From: Candidatus Hydrogenedentota bacterium | GTDB taxonomy: Bacteria; Hydrogenedentota; Hydrogenedentia; Hydrogenedentales; SLHB01 | Assembly (NCBI GenBank): GCA_045863295.1 | Contig: BTWA01000008.1 | Location: 1-64,000 of the forward strand | DNA: 64,000 nt | Direction of reading: 5' to 3' | Shown: positions 9,660-19,528 of the stretch, in pieces | How the letters are laid out: each line of letters starts with the position of its first letter | How positions within the stretch are numbered: the first letter of the stretch is position 1 | The notes under the pieces: generated by a model | What the model was told of the DNA's origin: nothing | Database searches by the model: none | Seen by the model: the letters and a program-made list of their open reading frames with translations, nothing else | Translations under genes and position numbers: made by a program

Positions 9660-10667
9660 ATGTACAAGCCGCCCATCATACGATCTGGCAGAGGCGAAGC
9701 CCGCGACTTGAAGGATATCCACGGCTCCGTGCTTGTGGTAACCATGGAAGAACCGTGGAAGATCCTTCACAAACAGATCGGCTGGACTCCGGACTGCGTC
9801 CACTTCGTGGAAGATATGGAATACCGCCACGTCACTGCGCAGAACGACCTGTTGCCCCCGTGTGACGTCGTGGTCGGCGTTGGCGGCGGTTCCTGTGTCG
9901 ATACCGCGAAATTTATCGCGTGGAAGCGCGGCTGCCGGATGATTCTGGTGCCCAGCATCATTTCAGTCGATGCCCCGCTTACCAATACGGTGGCCGTCCG
10001 GGTGGATGGCAAAGTGCAATACGTCGGCGACATTTTTCCGGAAGAACTCATCATTGACTACGACCTGATACAACAGGCGCCGCCTGTCCTGAATCGCGCG
10101 GGATCATGCGACATTGCCAGCATTCATACGGCCCTGTACGACTGGCAATTGGCGGGGGACCTGAACGGCGAGTCCTACGACCCCTCGATTGCCATGGAGG
10201 CGCTGAGATGCCTTGAGGAACTCGACGAGAACGCTGAAGAGGTATACAACGTATCGCCCAAGGGCATCGATACCATAATCGATTTATACAGGCGCGAAGT
10301 GGAGTTCTGCGCGCACCTCGGCAGCAGCCGGCCGGAGGAAGGCTCCGAGCACATTGTCGCGTATGGCATGGAGCACAGAACCCGCCGCCACTTTCTCCAC
10401 GGAGACCTCGTGGGGCTGGGCATATTTGTCATTTCGCGCCTGCAGGGCAATCGGCATGAATGGATTACCGACCTCATGACCAGAACAGGACTGCGCTATG
10501 AATGCCCGGACGCCACCCTGACCGAAATCGAGGATTGCCTCCGCGGTTTGAAGGATTTCAAGGACAAGTCGAACTTGTTCTACAGTGTCCTGGACACCGT
10601 CCCCATCACGGCCACATTCATAAGCGACACCCTCGCCGCGCTGGCGAACTCGCGAGGGCGCAAGTAA
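9660..10667 (+). CDS. sn-glycerol-1-phosphate dehydrogenase-like protein (EgsA/AraM family)
   Basis: GVGGGSCVDTAK, PSIISVDA, SSRPEEGSEH, LHGDLVGLG. Confidence 0.75.
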   Translation: MYKPPIIRSGRGEARDLKDIHGSVLVVTMEEPWKILHKQIGWTPDCVHFVEDMEYRHVTAQNDLLPPCDVVVGVGGGSCVDTAKFIAWKRGCRMILVPSIISVDAPLTNTVAVRVDGKVQYVGDIFPEELIIDYDLIQQAPPVLNRAGSCDIASIHTALYDWQLAGDLNGESYDPSIAMEALRCLEELDENAEEVYNVSPKGIDTIIDLYRREVEFCAHLGSSRPEEGSEHIVAYGMEHRTRRHFLHGDLVGLGIFVISRLQGNRHEWITDLMTRTGLRYECPDATLTEIEDCLRGLKDFKDKSNLFYSVLDTVPITATFISDTLAALANSRGRK

Positions 10668-10681
10668 CCCAAAGCCGGTAT

Positions 10682-10711
10682 TTGACTTGTGATTGGGCCA
10701 TATGCTACATT
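10682..10711 (+). promoter_or_regulatory. Sigma70-type promoter upstream of nadX-rplU
   Basis: TTGACT-18 bp-TACATT with extended TG. Confidence 0.5.
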
Positions 10712-10813
10712 TTCCCGGATCACCGTGGAACGCAATTTTCCAATGGCTGCATAAACTATGACTCCGGCGGTCGTTACGACCCTCGCCGCGGGATAGATTT
10801 CGTGGATAGACCC

Positions 10814-11650
10814 ATGTCCAAGATGAAGGTGGGGTTGGTTGGCTGCGGCAATATCGGCGCCGACCTGTGTATCGCCCTGCAAAAAGGGGATATTCCGGCG
10901 GAAATAACCGCCCTGACTGACATGAAGGAGGCCAACGCCCGGCTCCTGCTGAACACGTTTCAATTGAATGCGACCGTGTGCACCTTGGAGGAGACGGCCG
11001 CAAAGGTTGATTTTATCGTGGAATCTGCCCAGCCTGACGCAGTCAAGGCCGTGGTGGATGCCGCGATTCGATATCGGAAAGACTGCCTAATCATGAGCGT
11101 CGGCGGATTGATGGACCTCCCTGACGTGCATGAGATTAGTGCAAAATACAATATCCAGGTGCGGGTACCTTCCGGAGCCTTGTGTGGGCTCGATGGCATT
11201 CGCGCGGCAATGGTGGCGGGGTTGCATCACGTAGTGTTGACCACCCGCAAACCTCCCAAAGGGCTGGCCGGGGCTCCCTATTTGGAGGAAAACAACATTG
11301 ACGTCGAAAGCCTTACGGAGCCAAAACTGGTGTTTGAAGGCACGGCGCGGGAGGCCTGCAAAGCCTTTCCGAAAAATGTAAATGTGGCAGCCGCTCTCAG
11401 CCTGGCGGGAATCGGCCCGGACCAAACCAAAGTCCGGGTCATCGCCGACCCGAGAACGGCTACAAACACGCACGAGATATACGCCGAAGGCGCATTTGGA
11501 AACTTGAAAACGGTGACGGAGAACTTGCCGTCGCCGAGAAACGTGAAGTCCAGTTACCTGGCTTCCCTTTCGGCTGTCGCGGAGCTTCGCGCAGCCGCCG
11601 AGGCGTTTAACGCCCATTTCGACAAAACGGAAACGAGCAACGTCAGGTAG
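10814..11650 (+). CDS. nadX: L-aspartate dehydrogenase
   Basis: GCGNIG, PSGALCGLDG, TTRKPP, FPKNVNVAAA, NTHEI, N.KSSYLA. Confidence 0.93.
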   Translation: MSKMKVGLVGCGNIGADLCIALQKGDIPAEITALTDMKEANARLLLNTFQLNATVCTLEETAAKVDFIVESAQPDAVKAVVDAAIRYRKDCLIMSVGGLMDLPDVHEISAKYNIQVRVPSGALCGLDGIRAAMVAGLHHVVLTTRKPPKGLAGAPYLEENNIDVESLTEPKLVFEGTAREACKAFPKNVNVAAALSLAGIGPDQTKVRVIADPRTATNTHEIYAEGAFGNLKTVTENLPSPRNVKSSYLASLSAVAELRAAAEAFNAHFDKTETSNVR

Positions 11651-11669
11651 GACGAGTGGAGAGTTCATT

Positions 11670-11981
11670 ATGTACGCCGTTGTAAGCACGGGTGGTAAGC
11701 AGTACAAGGTGGCCGCGGGTGATATCCTGCGCGTGGAAAAGCTGGAAATGGCCATCGGCGAGAAGATCTCGTTCGGCACGGTCCATCTTGTCGCCAAAGA
11801 GGATGCCCTGATTGCCGACCCGAAGGCCCTTGTTAACGCCAAAGTCATGTGCGAGATCACGCGTCATGGACGGGCAAAGAAGATCCGGGTCTTCAAGTTC
11901 AAACGGCGCAAACAGTACCGGCGGACCTACGGACACCGGCAAAGTTACACCGAAATCCGGGTCAGCGAAATTCAGGCATAA
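11670..11981 (+). CDS. rplU: 50S ribosomal protein L21
   Basis: MYAVVSTGGKQYKV...GHRQSYT. Confidence 0.98.
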   Translation: MYAVVSTGGKQYKVAAGDILRVEKLEMAIGEKISFGTVHLVAKEDALIADPKALVNAKVMCEITRHGRAKKIRVFKFKRRKQYRRTYGHRQSYTEIRVSEIQA

Positions 11982-12024
11982 CCGGCGCGGCTACGCGAAC
12001 CGTTTCAAAGGGAGTTTTTGACAC

Positions 12025-12288
12025 ATGGCTCACAAGAAAGCTGGCGGTAGCTCGCGCAACGGCCGCGACTCGCAGTCCAAACGTCTGGGTACCAAAAAGT
12101 ACGCGGGCGAAGTCGTGCAGGCGGGCAACATCATTATCCGCCAGCGCGGAACCAAAATCTATCCTGGAATCAACGTCGGCTGCGGACACGATCACACCCT
12201 CTTTGCCAAAGCAGACGGCGTAGTGCGTTTCCGCTTCATCCGCAAGGATCGCAAGTGCGTCGACGTCATCGAACAGCAGGCTGAGTAA
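12025..12288 (+). CDS. rpmA: 50S ribosomal protein L27
   Basis: [21 protein letters not shown]...RQRGTK. Confidence 0.99.
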   Translation: MAHKKAGGSSRNGRDSQSKRLGTKKYAGEVVQAGNIIIRQRGTKIYPGINVGCGHDHTLFAKADGVVRFRFIRKDRKCVDVIEQQAE

Positions 12289-12316
12289 ACCCGCGCCCTG
12301 CGCGTGGCCGGTTGCC

Positions 12317-13567
12317 ATGTTTGTTGATCGTGCTCGCATCAAAGTAACCGGAGGCCACGGCGGCGATGGCTGTTGCAGTTTCCGGCGCGAAAAGTTCATC
12401 CCATTCGGCGGCCCCAACGGGGGCGACGGCGGGCGCGGCGGCGACGTAGTCTTCAGGGCTGAATCCCAACTTCAATCCCTGCTCGACGTGCGATTTCATG
12501 CCCACTGGAAGGGCAACGCCGGCATGAACGGCGAGGGAAGCGACCGTCACGGCAAACGAGGCGAACCTTCCTACATATCGGTCCCCGTCGGCACCATTAT
12601 CAAGCGGTTCGAAACGGAAGAAGTGCTGGCCGACCTGAACGAGCACGGCGCTACCTTTCTCGCGGCCAATGGCGGCAAAGGAGGCCGGGGCAACCCACGA
12701 TTCGCCACCCGTACAAACAAAGCCCCTCACTTCGCCGAAAAAGGCGAGCCTGGCGAAGAAAGCGAATTCCTACTTGAACTGAAGGTCATGGCGGAAGTCG
12801 GATTGGTCGGCCTGCCGAACGCAGGCAAGTCCACCTTTTTGGCTGCCGTAACCTCCGCCCAGCCAAAAATCGCCGACTACCCCTTCACAACGCTGTCACC
12901 CAACTTGGGCGTCGCTCCGCTCAGCGATCACCGGACGCTCATGATCGCCGATATTCCCGGAATTATCGAAGGCGCTTCAGAAGGCAAAGGGCTGGGACAT
13001 GACTTCTTGAGGCACATCGAACGTACGCGCGTCCTCCTTTTTATAATCGATCTCGGCGACCCGGACCCGGAAGCCACCCGCGACACGTTGCTCCATGAAC
13101 TGGAATCGTACAGCCCCGCCCTGCTGGAACGGCCCCGGTTTTACGCGCTGAACAAGTCGGATGTGACCGAAAACCGGGAACGATTTGAACTCTTAAAGGA
13201 TCGCTTTGATCGCCCTTACCTTATTTCGGGCTATACCGGCGAAGGCGTGGAAGAACTGGTCGAGACCCTCTGGGAAACCGTGGACCGGCTGAGAAATCAG
13301 GTGGAAGAACCGGAAGTGGAAGAGGGCCGTGAATATGTTTTCGAGGCCCCCTTCACCATCCAGAAAGCCCCGGATGGCTTCGTCATCGAAGGTAAGCGCA
13401 TTATTCAAATGGTGCGCATGACCGACTTTGGTAATGAAGAGGCAATTCGATATTTTCAGATCCAATTGAAGAAACTGGGAATTATGAAAGCGCTGAAGCG
13501 GCTCGGCGCCGTGGAAGGGCAAACGATTCACATTGGCCCTGTGGAATTGGTGTACATACCGGATTAG
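12317..13567 (+). CDS. obgE: GTPase ObgE/CgtA with C-terminal domain
   Basis: Gly-rich Obg fold, GLPNAGKS, YPFTT, DIPG, NKSD. Confidence 0.98.
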   Translation: MFVDRARIKVTGGHGGDGCCSFRREKFIPFGGPNGGDGGRGGDVVFRAESQLQSLLDVRFHAHWKGNAGMNGEGSDRHGKRGEPSYISVPVGTIIKRFETEEVLADLNEHGATFLAANGGKGGRGNPRFATRTNKAPHFAEKGEPGEESEFLLELKVMAEVGLVGLPNAGKSTFLAAVTSAQPKIADYPFTTLSPNLGVAPLSDHRTLMIADIPGIIEGASEGKGLGHDFLRHIERTRVLLFIIDLGDPDPEATRDTLLHELESYSPALLERPRFYALNKSDVTENRERFELLKDRFDRPYLISGYTGEGVEELVETLWETVDRLRNQVEEPEVEEGREYVFEAPFTIQKAPDGFVIEGKRIIQMVRMTDFGNEEAIRYFQIQLKKLGIMKALKRLGAVEGQTIHIGPVELVYIPD

Positions 13568-13578
13568 ATCCTACTGCG

Positions 13579-14685
13579 ATGAAAACCCTCGTTATCAAGA
13601 TCGGCACGTCGCTTCTGACCAGCGATCGCGGCTTTGACGGCCGTGTGCTGGAGAATCTTGTCAAGGAAATCGTACGGCTGAAACGCGAAAGCGGCACTAA
13701 CGTGCTTATTGTGTCGTCCGGCGCGGTGGGGTGCGGCATGAACGTCCTGGGGATGAAAGATCGCCCCAAGGACCTGCCCCTGAAACAGGCGACCGCCGCC
13801 GTCGGCCAGTCCCGTTTGATGCACTATTATGAAGTCCTGTTCGAAACATACGGACAAGGGCTGCACACGGCGCAAGTACTGTTGTCGGGTGGAGATTTCG
13901 ACGATCGTGGCCGCTATCTGAACATTCGCAATACGATTCATGCGCTATTCGATCTGAACAGCATCGTTCCCGTGATCAACGAAAACGACTCCGTCGCCGT
14001 GGAAGAATTGCGCTTTGGCGACAACGACACGCTTGCCGCGCGCGTGGCCTCCAAGATCGACGCGGAGATCCTGATCCTGCTGAGCGATGTGGACGGTTTG
14101 TACGATCGGAATCCAAACCGGCATCCTGACGCCAAGCTGATCCGCCAGATAGAGACCATTTCCGCCGAAATTGAAGCGCTGGCGGACGATACCCTCGCTC
14201 AGACGTCCGTCGGCGGCATGAAAACCAAATTGAAGGCAGCTCGGATGGCCTGCGCTGCCGGCGTCTATACCGTGTTGGCCAATGGTCGCAGGGAAAACAT
14301 CATCCACGATGTGCTCATTGGTAATGCACCCTGCACGCGATTCGGGAAGGCATCCGTCGCGTTGAAACACCGCAAGCGCTGGATTGCGTTCGGGAGAAAA
14401 GTGCGTGGAACGCTGGTTATCGACGATGGCGCCCGTGCGGCGCTCATCGAAAAAGGCCGCAGCCTGCTTCCCGCCGGCGTGATGGACGTCTCCGGAGAAT
14501 TTGACGCCGGATCGTCGGTTCGCATTACCGACTCTTCCGGGGCGGACATTGCCTGCGGTCTCACGAACTATTCCAGCGCGGACATGCTGCGCATCAAAGG
14601 TTGCAAAACCGGCGATATACAGGCCATTCTAGGGTACAAGGCCTACGACGAAGCCATTCACCGGGACAATCTGGTGATTCTTTAA
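13579..14685 (+). CDS. proB: Glutamate 5-kinase
   Basis: VIKIGTS, VSSGAV, INEND, FGDNDTL, GGMKTKL, C-terminal PUA domain. Confidence 0.97.
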   Translation: MKTLVIKIGTSLLTSDRGFDGRVLENLVKEIVRLKRESGTNVLIVSSGAVGCGMNVLGMKDRPKDLPLKQATAAVGQSRLMHYYEVLFETYGQGLHTAQVLLSGGDFDDRGRYLNIRNTIHALFDLNSIVPVINENDSVAVEELRFGDNDTLAARVASKIDAEILILLSDVDGLYDRNPNRHPDAKLIRQIETISAEIEALADDTLAQTSVGGMKTKLKAARMACAAGVYTVLANGRRENIIHDVLIGNAPCTRFGKASVALKHRKRWIAFGRKVRGTLVIDDGARAALIEKGRSLLPAGVMDVSGEFDAGSSVRITDSSGADIACGLTNYSSADMLRIKGCKTGDIQAILGYKAYDEAIHRDNLVIL

Positions 14686-14699
14686 TCCGGAGTCCAATC

Positions 14700-15977
14700 G
14701 TGGCAACACTCGAAAACAGCGTTGAATCGTTGCACGACGAGATGCAACGCATCGGAAGGCAGGCGCGCGCCGCATCGAATGAGCTGCGCTCCCTCTCCAG
14801 CTCGATCAAGAACGCGGCCCTGCTCGAAGTAGCCCGGCGAATCCGCTCCGGAAAAGAGGCCATCAAGGCGGCCAACGAAATCGACCTCCAGGCAGGCCGC
14901 GAAAAAGATCTCTCATCCGCCGTGTTGGACAGACTGGCCCTGACGGACGCGCGCATTGAAGGAATGGCCAAAGGGCTCGAAGACGTGGCCGCCCTCCCTG
15001 ATCCCGTAGGCGACGTCGTGAATCAACACATTCACCCCAACGGACTGCGCATCGCCCAGATCCGGCAGCCCATCGGCGTGGTCGGCATCATTTATGAAAG
15101 CAGACCTAACGTGACCGCCGATTCCGCCGCGCTGTGCCTGAAATCTGGCAATGCCACCATCCTTCGGGGCGGTTCCGATGCCCTGCACTCAAACCAGGTA
15201 ATTGCGGACATGTTCATGGCCGGGGCAACCGCCGCCGGAGCGCCCGATCATGCCGTACAATTGGTCTCCACGGCGGACCGGGCCGCGGTCGGCGAAATGC
15301 TCAAGATGGATCAATATATTGACGTGATCGTGCCTCGCGGCGGAACTGGACTCATCCAACGCATATACGACGAATCCCGCATTCCGGTCGTCGCTCACTT
15401 GCACGGCGTGTGTCACACCTATGTGCACAGCGACGCCGATCGGGCCATGGCCATGCGGATTTGCCTCAATGCCAAGCTCCAACGTCCCGGCGTCTGCAAC
15501 GCCATGGAAACCTTGCTGGTCCACGAGTCCATTGCCCCGGCATTCTTGCCCGATCTCGCGGAGGACTACCGTGCGGCCGGATGCGAATTGCGCGGCGACG
15601 ACCGGACCCGCGCAATCATCGCGTGCAATGCGGCGACCGAGGAAGACTGGAGCACCGAATACCTCGATAAGATCCTGTCCATCAGAATCGTGGACTCACT
15701 CGAAGCGGCCATCGAGCACATCAACCACTACGGTTCGCACCACTCCGACGCCATTGTCACGGAAAGCTACAAGGCCGCGGAGAAGTTTCTCAACGAAGTG
15801 GACAGCGCCACCGTGTACGTTAACGCTTCAACCCGTTTCACCGACGGCTATCAGTTCGGTCTCGGCGCTGAAATAGGCATCAGCACCAGCAAGCTGCATT
15901 GCCGAGGACCCATGGCGCTCAAAGAACTGACCTGCCTCAAATACATTATTCGGGGGTCGGGTCAGATCCTTGAATGA
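14700..15977 (+). CDS. proA: Gamma-glutamyl phosphate reductase
   Basis: IIYESRPNVT, CNAMETLL, VNASTRFTDG, GAEIGIST.KLH.RGP; start GTG 14700 (ATG 14742 is an alternative). Confidence 0.97.
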   Translation: MATLENSVESLHDEMQRIGRQARAASNELRSLSSSIKNAALLEVARRIRSGKEAIKAANEIDLQAGREKDLSSAVLDRLALTDARIEGMAKGLEDVAALPDPVGDVVNQHIHPNGLRIAQIRQPIGVVGIIYESRPNVTADSAALCLKSGNATILRGGSDALHSNQVIADMFMAGATAAGAPDHAVQLVSTADRAAVGEMLKMDQYIDVIVPRGGTGLIQRIYDESRIPVVAHLHGVCHTYVHSDADRAMAMRICLNAKLQRPGVCNAMETLLVHESIAPAFLPDLAEDYRAAGCELRGDDRTRAIIACNAATEEDWSTEYLDKILSIRIVDSLEAAIEHINHYGSHHSDAIVTESYKAAEKFLNEVDSATVYVNASTRFTDGYQFGLGAEIGISTSKLHCRGPMALKELTCLKYIIRGSGQILE

Positions 15978-16563
15978 TCGGATGCGGATAGGGGTGTTCG
16001 GGGGCACGTTTGACCCCATTCACAGTACTCATTTGTCCATTGCACTCGCGGCCATGGCCCAGGCCCGGCTTGACCGCGTACTGTTCGTGGTATCCGCGCG
16101 ACCACCCCACAAAGTTGATGAGTTGTTGGCCGATCCCGAAGACCGGCTCGCCATGGTTGAAGCCGCCGTCGCCGATCATCCCGGATTCGAGGCATCCCGT
16201 ATCGAGCTCGATCGAATGGGCCCTTCCTATACCGTGGAAACCCTCGCTGCGGTCGAGCGGCAGTATCCCGATTCCGAGCGGTTTCTCATCATCGGAATGG
16301 ATGCCCTGGCAGACTTGCCCAACTGGCGAGAACCGGATACGATCCTGAATCGGTCCCGCATTCTGGTGGCGCCGAGGCCAAATGCACCTGCCCCCCCGGA
16401 TTCGCTCAGTGCCGCATATCAGGTATTGGATGTGCCGCCATGCGACCTCTCGTCAACCGAAGTGCGGCGTAGAATTGTTGCGCGCGAACCGCTCGACGAT
16501 ATGCTCCCCAAGGCAGTACAGCGTGTTATCGCGGAAAAGGGATTGTATCGTGAGATCACTTGA
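15970..16563 (+). CDS. nadD: Nicotinate-nucleotide adenylyltransferase
   Basis: GVFGGTFDPIH..H, SYTVETL, IIGMD, LSSTEVR. Confidence 0.96.
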   Translation: MNDRMRIGVFGGTFDPIHSTHLSIALAAMAQARLDRVLFVVSARPPHKVDELLADPEDRLAMVEAAVADHPGFEASRIELDRMGPSYTVETLAAVERQYPDSERFLIIGMDALADLPNWREPDTILNRSRILVAPRPNAPAPPDSLSAAYQVLDVPPCDLSSTEVRRRIVAREPLDDMLPKAVQRVIAEKGLYREIT

Positions 16564-17140
16564 ATTGGACCGCTCCAGCGAATACCTGGCGCTATTGGAT
16601 GAGCGCCTGCCCAAACAAACCCTACGGCACGTGCTGTCGGTCACCGAACTCATGAATCGTCTTGTTGATATCTGCGATCTCCATCGCGAGACAGCGCTCG
16701 TGGCGGCTCTCTTTCATGACTATTGCAAAGCCATGAAAGGCAAGACCCTGTTGATGGCTGCCGCACGCTACGGAATCCCAATCCTGCCGGCATGGCGGGA
16801 GCGGCCCATGTTGTTGCATGGACCGGTGGCTGCCGAGGAAATCAGGTTTACACTGGGTATCGATGACCCTGAAGTGTATGAGGCGATTTACAACCACACG
16901 TTTGGCAAGCCGGGAATGGGAAGGGTGGGGCTGGCCCTGTACGTCGCCGACTTCGCCGAAGAGCTTCGAACGCACCCCGAGGCTGCTGTTGCGCGAAGAA
17001 TTCTCGAACAAGAATGCTTCGACGCCGCGTTGCGGTATGTGGTCGACGCCAAACTGGACATGATTAAGAAAAAGGACCGGCCGATCGATCCGCAGTCGCA
17101 GGAATTTCGCGCCTGGGTGTGGGAAGGCTGCCCCGCATGA
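16550..17140 (+). CDS. yqeK: HD-domain symmetrical Ap4A hydrolase
   Basis: RHVLSV, LFHDYCK, LLHGPVAA, IYNHT.G, YVADFAE; directly after nadD. Confidence 0.88.
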   Translation: MRSLELDRSSEYLALLDERLPKQTLRHVLSVTELMNRLVDICDLHRETALVAALFHDYCKAMKGKTLLMAAARYGIPILPAWRERPMLLHGPVAAEEIRFTLGIDDPEVYEAIYNHTFGKPGMGRVGLALYVADFAEELRTHPEAAVARRILEQECFDAALRYVVDAKLDMIKKKDRPIDPQSQEFRAWVWEGCPA

Positions 17141-17919
17141 GCCACAATGACATGTTCTCGGATCTCGCGCGATTCTACGATCCCATCATGTCGCACGTGG
17201 ATTACGATCGATGGTTCTTCGTGACCACAACAATCGCTCAATTGCTCCAAAAACCGATCAACCACCTGGATGCGGCCTGCGGTACGGGTCGGCTCGGAAA
17301 GAAACTCCACACGGCGGGTTGGCGAAGTCTGGGCTCCGATCTCTCGTTCTCGATGCTGCGAATGGCCAAGACCCGCGCTCCAAAACTCCCCACCGTTCAG
17401 GCGGACTTGCGCGCACTCCCCTACCGAGGGTCATTCGATTACGTCACCTGTCTGTTTGACAGCATCAATTTCCTACTGGACCTCGATAGCCTTCACCTCG
17501 CCATGAAGTCGCTCCACGGCGCCATTCGAGACGGGGGTATCCTGTACTTCGATATTGTCACCGAGCGCATGGTCATGGAACATTTCGCCGGACAGGAATG
17601 GACGGAACAAAACGGAAAGATCACTTCCACGTGGAGCTGCAAGTGGCACCCGGATCGCGCGCTCGCCGAAACCAGCATTCGCATCAACAGCGGCGTTGCA
17701 TACACGATCTACGAGCATATCCATACATTTGATGAGATTGACAGGGCACTCGAAAACGCCGGTTTCGAACTGCTGGGCGCGTTTGACGCGGAAACCTGGA
17801 AATCCCCGGGCAAACGCACCGTTCGCGTCGACTACGTCGCTGTCAAAGGGTCCGTGAAACCGTATCAGAAACCGTTCCGGGATGTGCGCGACCAGGTAAA
17901 GCGCCTGGTTGTGCGATAG
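17137..17919 (+). CDS. Class I SAM-dependent methyltransferase (YqeM-like)
   Basis: YD..MSHVDY..W, LDAACGTG, CLFDSINF; ATGA overlap with yqeK. Confidence 0.88.
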   Translation: MSHNDMFSDLARFYDPIMSHVDYDRWFFVTTTIAQLLQKPINHLDAACGTGRLGKKLHTAGWRSLGSDLSFSMLRMAKTRAPKLPTVQADLRALPYRGSFDYVTCLFDSINFLLDLDSLHLAMKSLHGAIRDGGILYFDIVTERMVMEHFAGQEWTEQNGKITSTWSCKWHPDRALAETSIRINSGVAYTIYEHIHTFDEIDRALENAGFELLGAFDAETWKSPGKRTVRVDYVAVKGSVKPYQKPFRDVRDQVKRLVVR

Positions 17920-17961
17920 TCATCCGCTGGTGAAATGAGTTAACCCAATGGAAATCGAACC

Positions 17962-19488
17962 ATGAAATGGCCACGGCTAAGCGGAATTCTCTTGCATCCC
18001 ACGTCGCTCCCAGGACCTGCCGGAATCGGCGATCTGGGCGAGGGCGCCTACCGATTTGTAGACTTCCTGCGGGAAGGCGGCCAGCAACTGTGGCAAGTCC
18101 TGCCATTGGGTCACACCGGTTACGGCGATTCGCCCTACCAATGCTTCTCCGCCTTTGCGGGAAATCCCCTACTCATCAGTTTGCCCAAGCTGGTGGATGA
18201 CGGGCTCATCCCGCGTGGTGCCTTGGACGAGTTGCCAGCCACGGATCCTCATCTCGCCGACTACGGCGCCGCCTTTTTTCACAAGTGGCGCTTGCTGGAG
18301 AGTGCCAGCGAGAGTTTCTTCCGAAACGACAGCCATCCCGACCGGAGCGCCTTCGAAACGTTTTGCACTGGCGAAGCCATGTGGCTCGATGACTACGCCC
18401 TCTTCATTGCGTTGAAACAGAAACACGAATACGCCCCGTGGACACGGTGGGACACGGACATTGCCAAGCGAAAGGCCGCCGCGCTTAAGAAATGCCGAGA
18501 GGAACTCAATCGTGAAATCGCCACCCTCAAATTTGTGCAGTTCCAGTTTGCCAAACAATGGTCCGCACTCAAGGCGTACTGCGGATCACAAGGCATCCGG
18601 ATCATGGGCGACGCTCCCATCTATGTTGCCCACGATTGCGCGGATGTCTGGAGCCGGCCGGACTTGTTCCAACTGACGCCGGACGGAGAACCCGTGGTCG
18701 TCGCGGGCGTTCCGCCGGACTACTTCAGCGCGACCGGACAATTGTGGGGAAACCCCATCTATCGGTGGAACCGAATGAAGAAAAATGGATTCGAGTGGTG
18801 GATAAGCCGCATGCGTACCCTGTTGCGTACGGTGGACATCGTTCGCATTGACCACTTCCGTGGTTTCGAATCCTATTGGGAAGTGCCGGCCACAGAGTCA
18901 ACGGCTGTCAACGGACGATGGGTGCAGGGGCCGGGCGATGCGCTGTTTGAAGCCATTCGCGAGGCGTTGGGCGATGCCCCGATTGCAGCCGAGAATCTGG
19001 GGGTCATCACAGACGAAGTCGAAGCCCTGCGCGAACGCCAGGGATTTCCCGGCATGGCCGTACTCCAGTTCGCTTTCGGCCACGATGCGAAGCATTCGGG
19101 CCTGTTGCCTCATCTGTGGACACCCGATACGGTGGCCTACACGGGCACCCACGACAACGACACGATCACGGGGTGGTGGCGCAACACGGGCCACAATACG
19201 CACGACTCAAGCTACTTCGATCAAATTCGTGCCTATGCGTCGCGCTACTTGAACACCGACGGACACGACATCCATTGGGTGGCGATTCGCGCCGTCATGG
19301 CATCGGTGGCCAACACCGTAATCATCCCGCTGCAGGATGTCATGGGTTTGGGGAGCGAAGCGCGCATTAACTTGCCCGGAAGCGGAGTTGGCGCCAATTG
19401 GCGATGGCGATACACCGCTGATATGCTCACATCCGAATCAGCTTGGCGATTGCGCGATCTCACCGACATTTATGGGAGACTCCCGTAG
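17962..19488 (+). CDS. malQ: 4-alpha-glucanotransferase (amylomaltase, GH77)
   Basis: GILLHPTSLPG, GVPPDYFSATGQLWGNP, RIDHFRGF, YTGTHDNDT. Confidence 0.97.
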   Translation: MKWPRLSGILLHPTSLPGPAGIGDLGEGAYRFVDFLREGGQQLWQVLPLGHTGYGDSPYQCFSAFAGNPLLISLPKLVDDGLIPRGALDELPATDPHLADYGAAFFHKWRLLESASESFFRNDSHPDRSAFETFCTGEAMWLDDYALFIALKQKHEYAPWTRWDTDIAKRKAAALKKCREELNREIATLKFVQFQFAKQWSALKAYCGSQGIRIMGDAPIYVAHDCADVWSRPDLFQLTPDGEPVVVAGVPPDYFSATGQLWGNPIYRWNRMKKNGFEWWISRMRTLLRTVDIVRIDHFRGFESYWEVPATESTAVNGRWVQGPGDALFEAIREALGDAPIAAENLGVITDEVEALRERQGFPGMAVLQFAFGHDAKHSGLLPHLWTPDTVAYTGTHDNDTITGWWRNTGHNTHDSSYFDQIRAYASRYLNTDGHDIHWVAIRAVMASVANTVIIPLQDVMGLGSEARINLPGSGVGANWRWRYTADMLTSESAWRLRDLTDIYGRLP

Positions 19489-19528
19489 TCGCCGCAGCCG
19501 CTGGTTACGGCATACAAAGGAATCCAAC

